From: a virus
IMG/VR virus record: IMGVR_UViG_3300042731_008413
Span: 19,421-83,420 of that record
Length of the DNA: 64,000 bases
Reading direction: 5' to 3' (one strand)
The notes under the pieces are model-generated. The model was not told the origin of the DNA and did no database searches. It was given only the letters and a program-made list of their open reading frames with translations. This document shows positions 38,193 through 48,229 of the stretch, piece by piece (the stretch's first letter is position 1; every line of letters begins with the position of its first letter). The translations under genes were made by a program, and so were the position numbers.

Positions 38193-38815
38193 AACATCTC
38201 CAACTGTTCAGCTTTGGCCTTGGGTTTCGGCTTGTTTTCTTCTTTGATCTCAAAATCTCTAGCTCTAACGGCCTCGTAAATCAACTTGTTCTTATTTTCA
38301 AAGATACCCCAGGTAAACCAGGCCACTGGAAACTGCGCTCCGCCCCCGTCCCATCCCTTGTTGGGCATCTTGAAGTTTATTCGTTTGTTTAACAGGATGA
38401 CTTCGATGCTATATTCTCGGAACATTTTTTGGGCTGTAGCTGCCCCCAATGTTTCGACTGGCAACAGGAGGGCAAATGGTTTGCCTAATTCATAGGACCG
38501 TTTCAGCCACTTGTACTTAATACTGTATGGGGGATTAGTTACCTGGCAATCCCAGGATTTAGGTTCGTAACTAAAGAAGTTCTGACCATTCAGGATTTCA
38601 GATTCGATGATATTTGTGAGGCCGTGGTATTTTAGTCCATCTATCAAGTAGCCATCTCCTCTGGCCGGCTCCCAAATTTTCCAGGATGATCTCAAGTAAG
38701 GAGCCAGTGGGTCAATGGCATACGGAGGACTCTGGCAAGCATCATACCCTTTGGGGGTGTAGACATCACCTTTTTTATTAGATTTTTGATCTCGTTTGTA
38801 GTTGTATCCTATCAC
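38189..38815 (-). CDS. Adenine-type DNA methyltransferase-like protein
   Basis: IWEPARGDG (motif I variant), VTNPPY (motif IV); C-terminal QLEMF. Confidence 0.8.
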   Translation of the reverse strand: MIGYNYKRDQKSNKKGDVYTPKGYDACQSPPYAIDPLAPYLRSSWKIWEPARGDGYLIDGLKYHGLTNIIESEILNGQNFFSYEPKSWDCQVTNPPYSIKYKWLKRSYELGKPFALLLPVETLGAATAQKMFREYSIEVILLNKRINFKMPNKGWDGGGAQFPVAWFTWGIFENKNKLIYEAVRARDFEIKEENKPKPKAKAEQLEMF

Positions 38816-38858
38816 AGAATCCTCCGATCCAAATTTTGAAAATTTTTCCGTGGGGGCT

Positions 38859-39143
38859 TTACTTGTCCCTGTATTCCTTCAAAGCCTCTTCAAATTGCTC
38901 TTTTGACCAGTCCCCTGATTGCCACCATTCAGCCGCTTTCCAAACTGGCGGCAATCTATCCAGATAGGCATTGAGTCTCTCTTCTGTTTTTTCTATGAGC
39001 GACAACATTGCCAGGGTTTCTACCTGAGCATCAATTGCTCTCACAGAGCGCAAAAACTCCGCCATATCCCGAATGTCTTGCTGATGAACTAACAACTCAT
39101 CTGGTTCTCTATGACACAAATAATTAAATGCCCCGCCTGACAT
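38859..39143 (-). CDS. Hypothetical protein
   Basis: MSGGAFNYL start common in phage small proteins; RBS AGGAGG. Confidence 0.65.
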   Translation of the reverse strand: MSGGAFNYLCHREPDELLVHQQDIRDMAEFLRSVRAIDAQVETLAMLSLIEKTEERLNAYLDRLPPVWKAAEWWQSGDWSKEQFEEALKEYRDK

Positions 39144-39152
39144 ATCTACCTC

Positions 39153-39506
39153 CTACACCATCACCTTCGGTGGCAACGGCAATTTAATCCCAATCGGCTT
39201 CCACAGATGCAACACGTTGGGGTGCCGGTTGACGTAATTCGACCTGGCCGGGTGGTACTGAATGACTACTTCTTCGTCATCCCAGAAATCGCCTTTGACT
39301 TCACACATCTCTTCCCAGGTCGGGGTGCCGGCCCCCTTAAAAGGGCTTACCGAAACGTGTTCCCAACCCAACTTGTCTGAAACGATGACGTTCATAATTC
39401 GCCCCGAAGTGCAATGCACCCGAAAAGCTCCGTTCATCCCATCGGCTTCGATTGAGGCCATTTTGCCTTTTGTCACCCGAACTGCACTCAACGGCTTGTC
39501 TCTCAT
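39153..39506 (-). CDS. Conserved phage protein (WEHVSVS family)
   Basis: GWEHVSVS..PTWEEMCEVK..FW..EVVIQYHP...LHLW. Start 39506 is coupled to the upstream gene. Confidence 0.75.
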   Translation of the reverse strand: MRDKPLSAVRVTKGKMASIEADGMNGAFRVHCTSGRIMNVIVSDKLGWEHVSVSPFKGAGTPTWEEMCEVKGDFWDDEEVVIQYHPARSNYVNRHPNVLHLWKPIGIKLPLPPKVMV

Positions 39507-40063
39507 AAGTTCATCCTCAACTGCACCGAATTCCTTTTGGCCATCGGCTGTATCGTCTTCATTTGCCTTGTCCGGGGGTTGATTCGCAAGTAAGGCCGCC
39601 CCCGAGAGATGGCATACTTGATACAATTGTCGGTGCCGCCCCCGGAGCCGTCGTGAACGGCAACCAAGAGGTCGCTGTAGTCTACCAGGTATTTATTCCG
39701 GGCGTCCAGCTTCCAGACCTCATGAAACCCCTGATTGACGTAATGGACCAGATCGGCCTGTTCCAGCAACCATTCCAGGTGCTTCCAGGCTTGCCAGGGC
39801 CAGTTATCTCCAAAGGAAGGGTAGGGCATCACCATCGTCAACCTGATATTCATTCCCTCCCGACGCAACAGCCACGCCTCAAACGCGGCAATCTGGTCCG
39901 TTCCCTGAGCGCAGCCCGACATTACCTCCAGCCCCTCTTTTTCGAGGCATAGGCCGCGCAATTGGTCTGAAATGACGTTTTGGAGCCAGGTTTTGGTGGG
40001 GGTGTGGCCATAACCACCCAGTTTTGGGGGGCGGTGACCGGTAAAAGCTACTTTGTAGGTCAT
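39503..40063 (-). CDS. SLOG-superfamily (YspA/DUF1273-like) protein
   Basis: AFTGHRP, SGCAQGTD, RNKYLVD, GSGGGT motifs. Confidence 0.85.
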   Translation of the reverse strand: MTYKVAFTGHRPPKLGGYGHTPTKTWLQNVISDQLRGLCLEKEGLEVMSGCAQGTDQIAAFEAWLLRREGMNIRLTMVMPYPSFGDNWPWQAWKHLEWLLEQADLVHYVNQGFHEVWKLDARNKYLVDYSDLLVAVHDGSGGGTDNCIKYAISRGRPYLRINPRTRQMKTIQPMAKRNSVQLRMNL

Positions 40064-40141
40064 AAAGTTCTCCTTCGATAAAATCAGGACGTATCCTTGT
40101 GGGGCTATTACACTGTAATAGAATAATAGCCCCAGGCTATC

Positions 40142-41242
40142 TCAAAACGGAATCTCGTCTTCATCATATCCGGGATGGTCATCAACCCCATCATCCGGCA
40201 TTTCAGGTTCCGTGGGGTCCGGATTCTCCGCCAACCACCTGGCCGCCTCCTGCCTGGCCATCGGGTCAACGTCGGTCTTGAACCATTCCTTGGGTCCCCC
40301 AACCTTGTCCAGAGGCTTGCCCAATAGCCACCCCGCAAAAGCCAGCCCCTCGTATTGCTTGAGGGCGTTGGCTGAAATGGTGACTTCACCCGATTCTTCA
40401 TCGGTCTGCCGGGCCACAAAGACCCAATCCAGGAGGCGATGATACCGCTCGCGGGCCAATTCGTGTGTTTCACCGGCCTCTTCTGCTTTATCAGTATCGG
40501 GCACAAAGAACAACAGTGGTCCCTGGGACCCGATCAGACTGGCCACCTTTTCGTGAATGGGGGCGTCGGTTTTGTCGTTCTTCTTGAAGCCCGCCGATTT
40601 TTGGAGAGCGTCTTGCAAGGTCGCCGGGTCCCATGGTCGCTTATTGCCTACCTTGGCTTTGGTGGCTTGTTGAGGCTGCCCCTTGGCTACTCGCACTCCA
40701 ATTTTGCTGATTTGCTGCCTTTTATGCTGCTTCTGGTAAACAAACAGTTCAACCTGTTTGCCAACCCAATCGGCATATTTTGGACCAAACAAAGCAATCA
40801 ACTGTTGTTCATCCTCTTTGCCCCGCAGGAGGACTCTTTGTTCCGGCAAGGTATTGAATAACGGATTCGGCGCTTTGAAGACAAGAGCTAACGTCTTTGT
40901 TTTTTCTTGTTGGAATGGATTCCAGCGCATTTGCCCCAGGACATCCTTGATTTCCACTTGCCATGCCTGGCCCTGTAAATCTTCTGCATCCAGGTAATCC
41001 CGGCCCCAAAATTCATCGGCGCTTTTGCCAACTAAACTTTCGCTCATTTCAATCTCCCATATATCCTTAATAGATTTTTTACCAACAATTTGCTCATCCA
41101 CCTGCCCGATGACGTAAGCCCACATCTCTTCCGGGCTTTTGCCTTTCATTTCGGGCTGTTCCAGGCTGATCTGGACCGAGGCATATTCCTCGTTGCCCGG
41201 AAATTTCATTCCGTAGAAATAAACCGCCTTGTCTGTTGTCAT
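40142..41242 (-). CDS. Hypothetical protein, possible ssDNA-binding/recombination function
   Basis: YLDAEDL...WVGKQVEL fold-like region; acidic tail DEDEIPF. Confidence 0.6.
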   Translation of the reverse strand: MTTDKAVYFYGMKFPGNEEYASVQISLEQPEMKGKSPEEMWAYVIGQVDEQIVGKKSIKDIWEIEMSESLVGKSADEFWGRDYLDAEDLQGQAWQVEIKDVLGQMRWNPFQQEKTKTLALVFKAPNPLFNTLPEQRVLLRGKEDEQQLIALFGPKYADWVGKQVELFVYQKQHKRQQISKIGVRVAKGQPQQATKAKVGNKRPWDPATLQDALQKSAGFKKNDKTDAPIHEKVASLIGSQGPLLFFVPDTDKAEEAGETHELARERYHRLLDWVFVARQTDEESGEVTISANALKQYEGLAFAGWLLGKPLDKVGGPKEWFKTDVDPMARQEAARWLAENPDPTEPEMPDDGVDDHPGYDEDEIPF

Positions 41243-41466
41243 TCACTCCTCTCCAAAAACCTGGTAATGGTGTCTTGGGGGAAGGCCAGGCGGTACTCTT
41301 CCGGTCCAAATTCTTGCAAAAAGGCCAACCTAAACCCGGCGCTGACCCGACGCTTCCCATTTCGATACAGACTGATAGTGCTTTGGTCGAAGTTCAGCTT
41401 TCCAGCCAACTCGTAGCCTGACATCTCTTTGGCTTTCATCCATCGACTCAGTTCGTTTTCGCTCAT
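41239..41466 (-). CDS. XRE-family helix-turn-helix protein
   Basis: MSGYELAGKLNFDQSTISLYRNGKR. Confidence 0.8.
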   Translation of the reverse strand: MSENELSRWMKAKEMSGYELAGKLNFDQSTISLYRNGKRRVSAGFRLAFLQEFGPEEYRLAFPQDTITRFLERSE

Positions 41467-41563
41467 TGCATCACCACCCAGACCATCGTGGCGGCCAGGA
41501 CTATCAGATAAACCACGGCCACCACGATAATAATCTTGTCGATGTTATCAGTATACCACTTTT

Positions 41564-42280
41564 TCATAAGGCTTTGACCTCCACCACCAGCCCACCCCAC
41601 TCCACCTGAATCGTCTCCCCACCGTTCAACCGCGGCCAGGTGTCCCCGTTCAGGACCAAAGGTGGCTGGTACTCTTCTTCCAGGCCGATTGGTAACGCTG
41701 GCAAGTCATCTAAAGAAAACGACTGGCTGTCGAACTGGTTTCGTAGCTCTCGGGCCAGCTTGATGGTTGGCTTTTCGTCCGTAGCCAAAACCATCTGCAT
41801 CTCTTCCGGGAGGGGTGGTTGGTCTCGGGTGCCGGCGGCTATCAGCCCGGCGTTTTTGGGGCAATCGCCGGTCAAAAGTCGCTCTTGAAGTTCCGGTATC
41901 AGGCTATTTAATTTGTGTAGCTGGCTGATCTCTGGCTGGCTGACCCCAACCATTTTGGCGATCTCTATCTGGGGTAGTCCTTCGATCTCGATCAGATACC
42001 GAATGTCCAGGGCCTTTTTCATCGGGTTATCTCTGACACCCATATTAGCGGCCAGGCTTTGCAGGTGAAAATCGAGGTCGTCCATCTCTTCCACCTGGCA
42101 CCAAATTTCGTCCTCACCTTTTGTCCTGGCCACATCGATTCTGCCGTGGCCATCCACGACCTCAAACGTTCCATCCGGGAGCGGCCTGACCTTGGCCGGG
42201 TGAATCTGGTCCAGGTCCATCTTCTTGGGGGGAGACGGAACGTATTTTATCTGGCCGATGGGTATGGGTTGAAATTTCAT
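41564..42280 (-). CDS. ParB/Spo0J-like protein
   Basis: VRP..FEVVDGHGR (ParB N-domain) plus HTH QIEIAKMVGVSQPEIS. Confidence 0.8.
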   Translation of the reverse strand: MKFQPIPIGQIKYVPSPPKKMDLDQIHPAKVRPLPDGTFEVVDGHGRIDVARTKGEDEIWCQVEEMDDLDFHLQSLAANMGVRDNPMKKALDIRYLIEIEGLPQIEIAKMVGVSQPEISQLHKLNSLIPELQERLLTGDCPKNAGLIAAGTRDQPPLPEEMQMVLATDEKPTIKLARELRNQFDSQSFSLDDLPALPIGLEEEYQPPLVLNGDTWPRLNGGETIQVEWGGLVVEVKAL

Positions 42281-42600
42281 TATTCCCCCCTCAATCGGAG
42301 TGCCATTTCCATATCGGCAATGGCTCTGGCTAGATTCGAGATAGCCGCTTCAAAATAGCCATCCCGGTCTTTGTGTGGGTATGGCAACGGCTTGAAATAA
42401 AGCGGCTGGTATTTGGTCCGATCTAACAAAATGCACTGAATCGGCCTATCGCCATCCGGGTCCGGCTCCCACTTCAGCCGAGCTATATTGATGATGATGT
42501 CTGATAGCTCCCGGATATCCCCCGGCTTTACAGGTGCCCATCCCCCATCTGACACTCGCTTTTCCATCAAAAACACTTTGATTTGTTCATTGATGCTCAT
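42280..42600 (-). CDS. Hypothetical protein
   Basis: AGGAGGATAAAATG start at 42600. Confidence 0.6.
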   Translation of the reverse strand: MSINEQIKVFLMEKRVSDGGWAPVKPGDIRELSDIIINIARLKWEPDPDGDRPIQCILLDRTKYQPLYFKPLPYPHKDRDGYFEAAISNLARAIADMEMALRLRGE

Positions 42601-42908
42601 TTTATCCTCCTGTCTCATTACCCCTCGATTTTACTCGGGGTGTACCCCTGACCACCACCTGCCGGGGTTGCGTCGGCCTTGTGCCGATCTCTCCTGTTGT
42701 GAATACTGTTGCGTTTAGCAAAATTAGCAGCGTTGGCTTTTCCCCGCTATTTCACCCCCACCTGCGGCAATGTTGGCACCCTTCGATAAACTCAGGATGT
42801 AACCATCCAGCAAGGCTCTTTTGGGGGGATTCGAGGCCGGTCGTTTCCGGCAATCCGCTTTCTCATCGGATGAGGGACCCGTACTTTTAGTCGCCTGGGT
42901 GGGCGATC

Positions 42909-43766
42909 TTACCACTCCGTCACCACCGGTTCATAGCCTGCCTGGGCCACTTTGCCGGCAATATTGTGAACATCGGCCTTGGGTATCTCGAAGTGCAACG
43001 GCAACGACAAGAAAGCGGCTGATGCCCATTGGATGCCATAGCCTTCTACGACGGGTTCGATATCATATCCTGGCACATTTCCGGTCCAGAGGGATGATCC
43101 TGATTTTACTTGAAAGCGCACCCAATCATACTGAATTGGTTCGAGTAACTCCACGTCTTCATTCAAAGTGTGATTTAGCATCGATAGGTCCCGAAGAGCC
43201 AGGGTGCAGGGTTCCGGGTACAAATCGTAGTTACCGATCAACTCCATTGTTTTGGGGTGATGGCCTGATATGCCCTCTTCTCCCAAATTGGTATGCCACC
43301 AATCCTGGTTTTCAGCAAAGTGATTAAATAGTTTGCATCCTACCAACGGTCTATTTTGCCTTGCCAGCCCAAACCCAAACAACGGCAAAGCCCTGGGATG
43401 AACCAGGACTTGCCTACTAACACCAGACGTTAATTTGTAAAAGTTGGGATCGCTTAAGATTACGCGGGACAATTTTCTGGATGTTCCCCAATTTCGGCCT
43501 TCTTCCACAAAACTCCAGGCCGAGGGGTAACCCGGTCCACCTTTGCCCCCATCGATGCCAATATAGATAACCAGGTGGTAGACACCGTTACTGTCAACCA
43601 TAATCTGATACCCCCGCTGCCGGGGCTTGGGTCTTACGGGGTCCAACAAAAAGTGTTCGATGGACATCCCGGAGGCCCCGACGCCACAACAGGCGTACAA
43701 GCCCCCTTTGTCCCTCTTGTCTCCGCACCCCCGCCCGTTGGGGGGATTGATTGTTAGTTCCATCAT
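42909..43766 (-). CDS. Hypothetical protein
   Basis: Real start [15 protein letters not shown]. The upstream PQRGG extension is a shadow of the pentapeptide gene. Confidence 0.65.
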   Translation of the reverse strand: MMELTINPPNGRGCGDKRDKGGLYACCGVGASGMSIEHFLLDPVRPKPRQRGYQIMVDSNGVYHLVIYIGIDGGKGGPGYPSAWSFVEEGRNWGTSRKLSRVILSDPNFYKLTSGVSRQVLVHPRALPLFGFGLARQNRPLVGCKLFNHFAENQDWWHTNLGEEGISGHHPKTMELIGNYDLYPEPCTLALRDLSMLNHTLNEDVELLEPIQYDWVRFQVKSGSSLWTGNVPGYDIEPVVEGYGIQWASAAFLSLPLHFEIPKADVHNIAGKVAQAGYEPVVTEW

Positions 43767-44254
43767 AATCCCCTTGTTAATTCGTTTTTTACTACATCTC
43801 TGAGGTCCGCCCATCTGAGGTTTGCCCCGCTGAGGTTCGCCTCTCTGAGGTCTGCCTCGCTGAGGTTCGCCCCCCTGAGGTCCGCCCATCTGAGGTTCGC
43901 CTCTCTGAGGTCTGCCCCGCTGAGGTTCGCCTCTCTGAGGTCTGCCTCGCTGAGGTTCGCCCCGCTGAGGTCCGCCCATCTGAGGTCCGCCCCGCTGAGG
44001 TCCGCCCCGCTGAGGTCCGCCCCGCTGAGGTTCGCCTGGATTTTGGACGGAATTAACCCATAATAAATAGCCCACCCGATCATTTTCTTGAGATCGGTTT
44101 TTACCACATTCTGCCAGAAAGACTCTGACTCTTCTTTTGTTCCCCATAGGGGGCTAATGTCCAGTCCTTTGGGGTACATCACCAAGAATCTACTGGTTAG
44201 AGGGCAAGTCATATCAATACCCTTGTTTTTCAATACTTCTTCTGTTATCTTCAT
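43763..44254 (-). CDS. Pentapeptide repeat protein
   Basis: About 16 A(D/N)L(S/R)x repeats, 15-bp tandem DNA repeats at 43797-44037. Confidence 0.9.
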   Translation of the reverse strand: MKITEEVLKNKGIDMTCPLTSRFLVMYPKGLDISPLWGTKEESESFWQNVVKTDLKKMIGWAIYYGLIPSKIQANLSGADLSGADLSGADLRWADLSGANLSEADLREANLSGADLREANLRWADLRGANLSEADLREANLSGANLRWADLRDVVKNELTRGL

Positions 44255-44255
44255 T

Positions 44256-44450
44256 TCATCTCTCCTTTTGGTGCTGGTGCGACTTGACAAAGGCGGTCAC
44301 TTTTTGATTCCACTCTTGCCCGGTTTCATTGTTGTAGAAAATGGTCTTGTTGCAAAGATGGCATTCTACGTTGTAGACAGAATTTGCGGGACCTATTGTC
44401 AAAACCGTGATGTGGGTGGGCCACCCCTCGACTGTGCGCTGATTCGTCAT
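44256..44450 (-). CDS. Small zinc-finger-like protein
   Basis: CHLC...HQH; RBS AGGAG. Confidence 0.5.
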   Translation of the reverse strand: MTNQRTVEGWPTHITVLTIGPANSVYNVECHLCNKTIFYNNETGQEWNQKVTAFVKSHQHQKER

Positions 44451-44680
44451 TTCATCTCTCCTTTGTTGTTTTTACGCCCCCAGGTCGCCAGCCTTGAGTT
44501 GATTTGCATATTGACTTTAGAATATTCATCCCCAACACCCAAGTTGGTTGATAGAAATTTTTGCTATCTATTGGCGAAACCCTCCTCTCGTTTAAGGCTA
44601 TTATTAGCACCTCAACATCATTATAACCGATTTCTTGACAAATGTCAAGTATCAAATTTGTTAATGTACGCCCAAACCTA

Positions 44681-44779
44681 TTGACATCTCTCCCAAAATG
44701 TGTTAAGGTACTCTTGCAGATCAACTAGGTTTCTCGGGTAGAGGCCAGAGGTCCTACGCGGTCATCCCGGTTGATCTGC
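44681..44779 (+). promoter_or_regulatory. parM promoter and structured 5' leader
   Basis: TTGACA-17-TAAGGT with TG. GCAGATCAAC...GTTGATCTGC stem at 44716-44779. Confidence 0.6.
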
Positions 44780-44819
44780 TAAATAGTCAAGGTACTGTTA
44801 GATTACAAAAGGAGGATGT

Positions 44820-45827
44820 ATGGCTAAAGCAAAAGTGCAGTACAATGTAGTCTCCATCGATGTGGGATATGGTTTTGTTAAAGCCCTCAAGTCATTGGAA
44901 GAGAAGCCGGTTGTGTTCCACAGCCTGATTGCGCCGGTTCGAGAGGGGTTCGATTCCGGGTTCGGCAAAAAGCGAACGGCTATCGAGATTGACGGCCAAC
45001 CCTATTACGTGGGGTGGGATGCCAGCTTCAGCAAGCTGGCCCGCCAGACCATCGACCGGGACCGGATCAAAACCGATGAGTTCAAGGTCTTGTTCCTGTC
45101 TGCCCTCAACCGGTTGTACCCTTCCGGGGCCTCCGGTCTTTTGGTGGCCACCGGTTTACCAGGTGGCTGGATGGGCGACTCGGAAGCCCTCTCCAAAGCC
45201 TTGGCCGGCAAGTTCAACGTCAAGGTTGGCAGTCGCACCGTAGGCTACGAAATCGCTCAGGTTGTACCTTGCCCCCAGGTTTTCGGTAGCTGGATGCGAG
45301 AGGCTTTTACTATCAACGGCAACGGCAAGCCGACCGTAACCGACGCCCAGATAGCCAACGAACCGACCTTCCTGGTCGATTTCGGCAACGGTACTACCGG
45401 TTACGCTTTTATGAACGGGGCCTACATTGCCGACTACAGTGGTTCCGTTGACGTGGGAATGTCCAACGTCATCAGCGGTCTTTCCCAGGCTTGTAGCCGG
45501 GAGTTCGCTTACGAACCCCCCTACACCGAGTTGGTCAAGGCTCTCATCACCGGCAAGCTCAACGTCTACAACAAGGCCGAGAACGTGTCCGCTCTCTTTG
45601 CCCCCTACAAGGCCGAGGTCATTGACAAGGTGTTGGCCGACGTCCGCTCGGCCTGGAAGGACGTTATCAAGCAGGGGCGGACGCTGTTATTGACCGGAGG
45701 CGGGGCCTCGGTCTTGGGTGACGATTTCCGCCGCCAGTTCGGTCACCCCAACACCGTGATCTTGCCAGACTCTCAGATAGCCAACGCTCAGGGACTCTTG
45801 ATCTATGGCCGATACCGAGCAAACTAA
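44820..45827 (+). CDS. parM: ParM/StbA-family actin-like segregation ATPase
   Basis: IDVGYGFVK (phosphate 1), VATGLP, VDFGNGTT (phosphate 2), LLTGGGA, ANAQG. Confidence 0.9.
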   Translation: MAKAKVQYNVVSIDVGYGFVKALKSLEEKPVVFHSLIAPVREGFDSGFGKKRTAIEIDGQPYYVGWDASFSKLARQTIDRDRIKTDEFKVLFLSALNRLYPSGASGLLVATGLPGGWMGDSEALSKALAGKFNVKVGSRTVGYEIAQVVPCPQVFGSWMREAFTINGNGKPTVTDAQIANEPTFLVDFGNGTTGYAFMNGAYIADYSGSVDVGMSNVISGLSQACSREFAYEPPYTELVKALITGKLNVYNKAENVSALFAPYKAEVIDKVLADVRSAWKDVIKQGRTLLLTGGGASVLGDDFRRQFGHPNTVILPDSQIANAQGLLIYGRYRAN

Positions 45828-46101
45828 GACCAGTCTCTATATCAGCCGGCGGCACAGGCAGACCTGGATTCGCTTCTGTCAGGAAGTTGACCGCCATGAC
45901 CGCTCAGACTGGGTAATGCGGGCCATTGGGGAAAAATTGGATCGTGACTCTGGCCGGCAAATCACCCAGACCGATCTTCGCCAGGCTCTCCGGGAGGAGT
46001 TACAAGCGGCCTTGCGAAACGTTCAGGCCATCGAACAACCATCGTCGGACCAGGAGTATGACAACCTGGCCGACAAAATCTTAGGAGGCATAGACTTTTG
46101 A
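45805..46101 (+). CDS. ParR-like ribbon-helix-helix adaptor
   Basis: Overlaps the parM end; KTSLYI...RSDWVMRAI; acidic-hydrophobic tail ILGGIDF. Confidence 0.7.
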   Translation: MADTEQTKTSLYISRRHRQTWIRFCQEVDRHDRSDWVMRAIGEKLDRDSGRQITQTDLRQALREELQAALRNVQAIEQPSSDQEYDNLADKILGGIDF

Positions 46102-46907
46102 ACCAAAAATTTAACTCTTTCGATATCGAGCAAGCCGATTCTTTCCCGGATTCCGGGGTCATCGAGGATTACGCGGCCCTGGGCATCACCTGCGCCGCCT
46201 GTGTGCGCTCCGATGATCTCCTGGATTCAATCAATAACCCCGGTAGGCCGAATTTAACCCCGCCTTTGACCTACTACGCCGGGATGTACCAAAACCAGGT
46301 TCAGCCCCGAATGGATTCTCTGGAACTCGGGGAGCTTATCGAATATCTTCTGGAAGAAGCCCGGCAGGGGTATGCCCCGTTGACCTGGAACGGAGCCAGC
46401 TACGATTTTCGGATGCTGGCCGAAGCCTTGCCTGAGTACCGCGACCAGATTCGGGACAATCTTGTTTTTCCCGGTTACGATATGATGTTCCATTTCTTTA
46501 GTTGTAGCGGCCATTTCCTGGGCCTGGACACAGCCTGCAAGGGGCAGGGTATTTCCGGTAAGAATCTCGATCCGATTCTTAAAGACGGCTCTTCGATGAA
46601 CGGCCAGAAGGCGGTAGGCTATTGGCCCGAGCATTACGAAGCGGTCCTGGAATATGTCTCCAATGACGTGGTAGTGCCGGTCTTGTTAGCCCAAAAGGTC
46701 ACTGAGCAAAAAGGTCTCCTGTCCTGGACCGCTCGCTCCGGGCGTTTGACCTCGCTCTCCTTGAACCAGGTCAAAGGCCATTTCTCTCCGTTTCAACAGG
46801 AGTTCCGCTGGCTAACCGTAGCCGAGTGTTTGGCCTTGCCCTCCCCGGACCAATCCTGGATGTCCGATCCGGTCACCAAGGAAGATTTCCTGGCTTACTG
46901 GCTTTGA
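46098..46907 (+). CDS. DEDD 3'-5' exonuclease (RNase H-like)
   Basis: SFDIE, TWNGASYDF, EYVSNDV. Confidence 0.8.
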   Translation: MNQKFNSFDIEQADSFPDSGVIEDYAALGITCAACVRSDDLLDSINNPGRPNLTPPLTYYAGMYQNQVQPRMDSLELGELIEYLLEEARQGYAPLTWNGASYDFRMLAEALPEYRDQIRDNLVFPGYDMMFHFFSCSGHFLGLDTACKGQGISGKNLDPILKDGSSMNGQKAVGYWPEHYEAVLEYVSNDVVVPVLLAQKVTEQKGLLSWTARSGRLTSLSLNQVKGHFSPFQQEFRWLTVAECLALPSPDQSWMSDPVTKEDFLAYWL

Positions 46908-47449
46908 AGAGACCACCTGCCCGGATCATAACCCGAAAGCAAGCCTCGCTCTTTCTCCAGAGCGAGGCTTTTAATCGTTACGAACTTGAGGTCTTGGCCG
47001 GCTACTCTCTTTTCTGGTCCAGTCTCACTCGCCGCCAGGCTCGCCAGTTACAACTCGACCAGATAGACTTCGACCTTGGCCTGGTTTGGGTCTCCAAGGG
47101 ACCGATTCCTCTCCAGCCCGAGACGATAGCTTTTCTCCAAGACCGTTGGCTACCCCAGCGCCGCCAATATGGTCACCACAACCTACTCTTGACCAGGCCA
47201 AGCGGCAAGCCCCAGGGCATCCAGCAGCGCAATTGGACGAATGTCACCCGGCGATTCTTTGGGTGTCGTATCAGGGACCGGGATATGAGGGCCAGTCTCT
47301 TCTGCAATTTGATGAAAGAAAACCCCGGCCTTCAGGTCAGGGAGTTGGCCAGGGCTTACTATTACAAGCCGGATTCTTACTGGATGTATCGAGTCAGGCG
47401 GGAGTACCTGCCCCTCTTGGGGATACCACCCTGCTCTCAGGACAGGTAA
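46904..47449 (+). CDS. Degenerate tyrosine-recombinase-fold protein
   Basis: SLTRRQARQLQLDQIDF (GLRxxExxxL..DID-like), RDMRAS (HxLRHS-like). Catalytic residues appear altered. Confidence 0.55.
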   Translation: MKRPPARIITRKQASLFLQSEAFNRYELEVLAGYSLFWSSLTRRQARQLQLDQIDFDLGLVWVSKGPIPLQPETIAFLQDRWLPQRRQYGHHNLLLTRPSGKPQGIQQRNWTNVTRRFFGCRIRDRDMRASLFCNLMKENPGLQVRELARAYYYKPDSYWMYRVRREYLPLLGIPPCSQDR

Positions 47450-47517
47450 TATCAGAGATGTCAGAATAGACATTGTGGCTTATCGGGTAGACTTCATCAT
47501 TGTATGGGCCACCCGTT

Positions 47518-47644
47518 TTCTAACACCTGAGTTGTGGCGATTGCGGGTTGGCGCAATGCCTACAATGATTAGATACGTTGCGGCCCCAACCGGCCACAAT
47601 TAAAGCAAGGTTAGCAATTCGCTACGAACGATTTGTTATATGCC
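47518..47644 (-). mobile_element. attC-like site 2
   Basis: Minus strand GGCATATAAC (R'') overlapping the stop codon, imperfect palindrome, then GTTAGAA (R'). Confidence 0.7.
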
Positions 47645-47938
47645 ACCCGAAAAACGAGCGCCCCTATTCTCTTCTGCCATTGCCGCACGGTTTGTGATTT
47701 TCGTGTGGAAGTTTGAGTATACCGTTTTTCCGCCCTCTATTGGGCCAAAAATACCGTTTTCGGCAGGTATAGCAGTTGCAATCATTGGAGGAGGCCACCC
47801 ATCTCCCCAAGACACGTCAACATTGAACATTTCCCCAACGTGATTAAACAACGGGCTATCTGCTGGGACTGTAACATATTTCCGATACGCGATACTACCT
47901 ACGCCGCTTGCGTTTTCCGTGAATTTTACTGAATACAT
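47636..47938 (-). CDS. Integron-cassette-like hypothetical protein
   Basis: Single ORF between two attC-like sites. Cassette start GTTATATGCC is the exact complement of the end GGCATATAAC. Confidence 0.7.
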   Translation of the reverse strand: MYSVKFTENASGVGSIAYRKYVTVPADSPLFNHVGEMFNVDVSWGDGWPPPMIATAIPAENGIFGPIEGGKTVYSNFHTKITNRAAMAEENRGARFSGGI

Positions 47939-47973
47939 TTCAATTTCCTTTCTTGCCTCGATTGCAACGAGGC

Positions 47974-48068
47974 ATATAACGTGTCGCCAATCAGCGGAAG
48001 CCGTAACAGAAAGTTCAATGGCTAAAACAAACGCTGCTTAGGCTTTCCGCTGCGTTGGCTTGTTATAT
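47974..48068 (-). mobile_element. attC-like site 1
   Basis: Minus: ATATAACAAGCCAACGCAGCGGAAAGCC...GGCTTCCGCTGATTGGCGACACGTTATAT. Confidence 0.8.
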
Positions 48069-48229
48069 TGCGTAAAGTCAACCTTTATGTGAGATTCTAT
48101 CCAGTCGGCCATAGATATGTCTCGAACCTTACAAATTTGTCTCAACATATCGTGGTAATTTGGTTTGATACGGACGTGCAAATCCGACGACCTACCGCCC
48201 TTGTGCGGATTGATTTTACGCTTAGACAT
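48038..48229 (-). CDS. Small ribbon-helix-helix protein ending inside attC
   Basis: LHVRIKP...SMADWIE; C-terminus YNKPTQRKA typical of ORFs reading into attC. Confidence 0.6.
   Translation of the reverse strand: MSKRKINPHKGGRSSDLHVRIKPNYHDMLRQICKVRDISMADWIESHIKVDFTQYNKPTQRKA

Noticed and set aside
43767-44147. [10 protein letters not shown]-repeat N-terminal extension of the 412-aa ORF
   Set aside because: Alternative-frame shadow of the pentapeptide-repeat gene; the real gene starts at 43766.
44716-44779. TGATCTG in the parM leader as a CRISPR self-target
   Set aside because: Only the 7-nt heptamer matches; the rest of both spacers does not.
46904-47449. Functional phage integrase or integron integrase
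   Set aside because: Too short and the catalytic motifs are degenerate.
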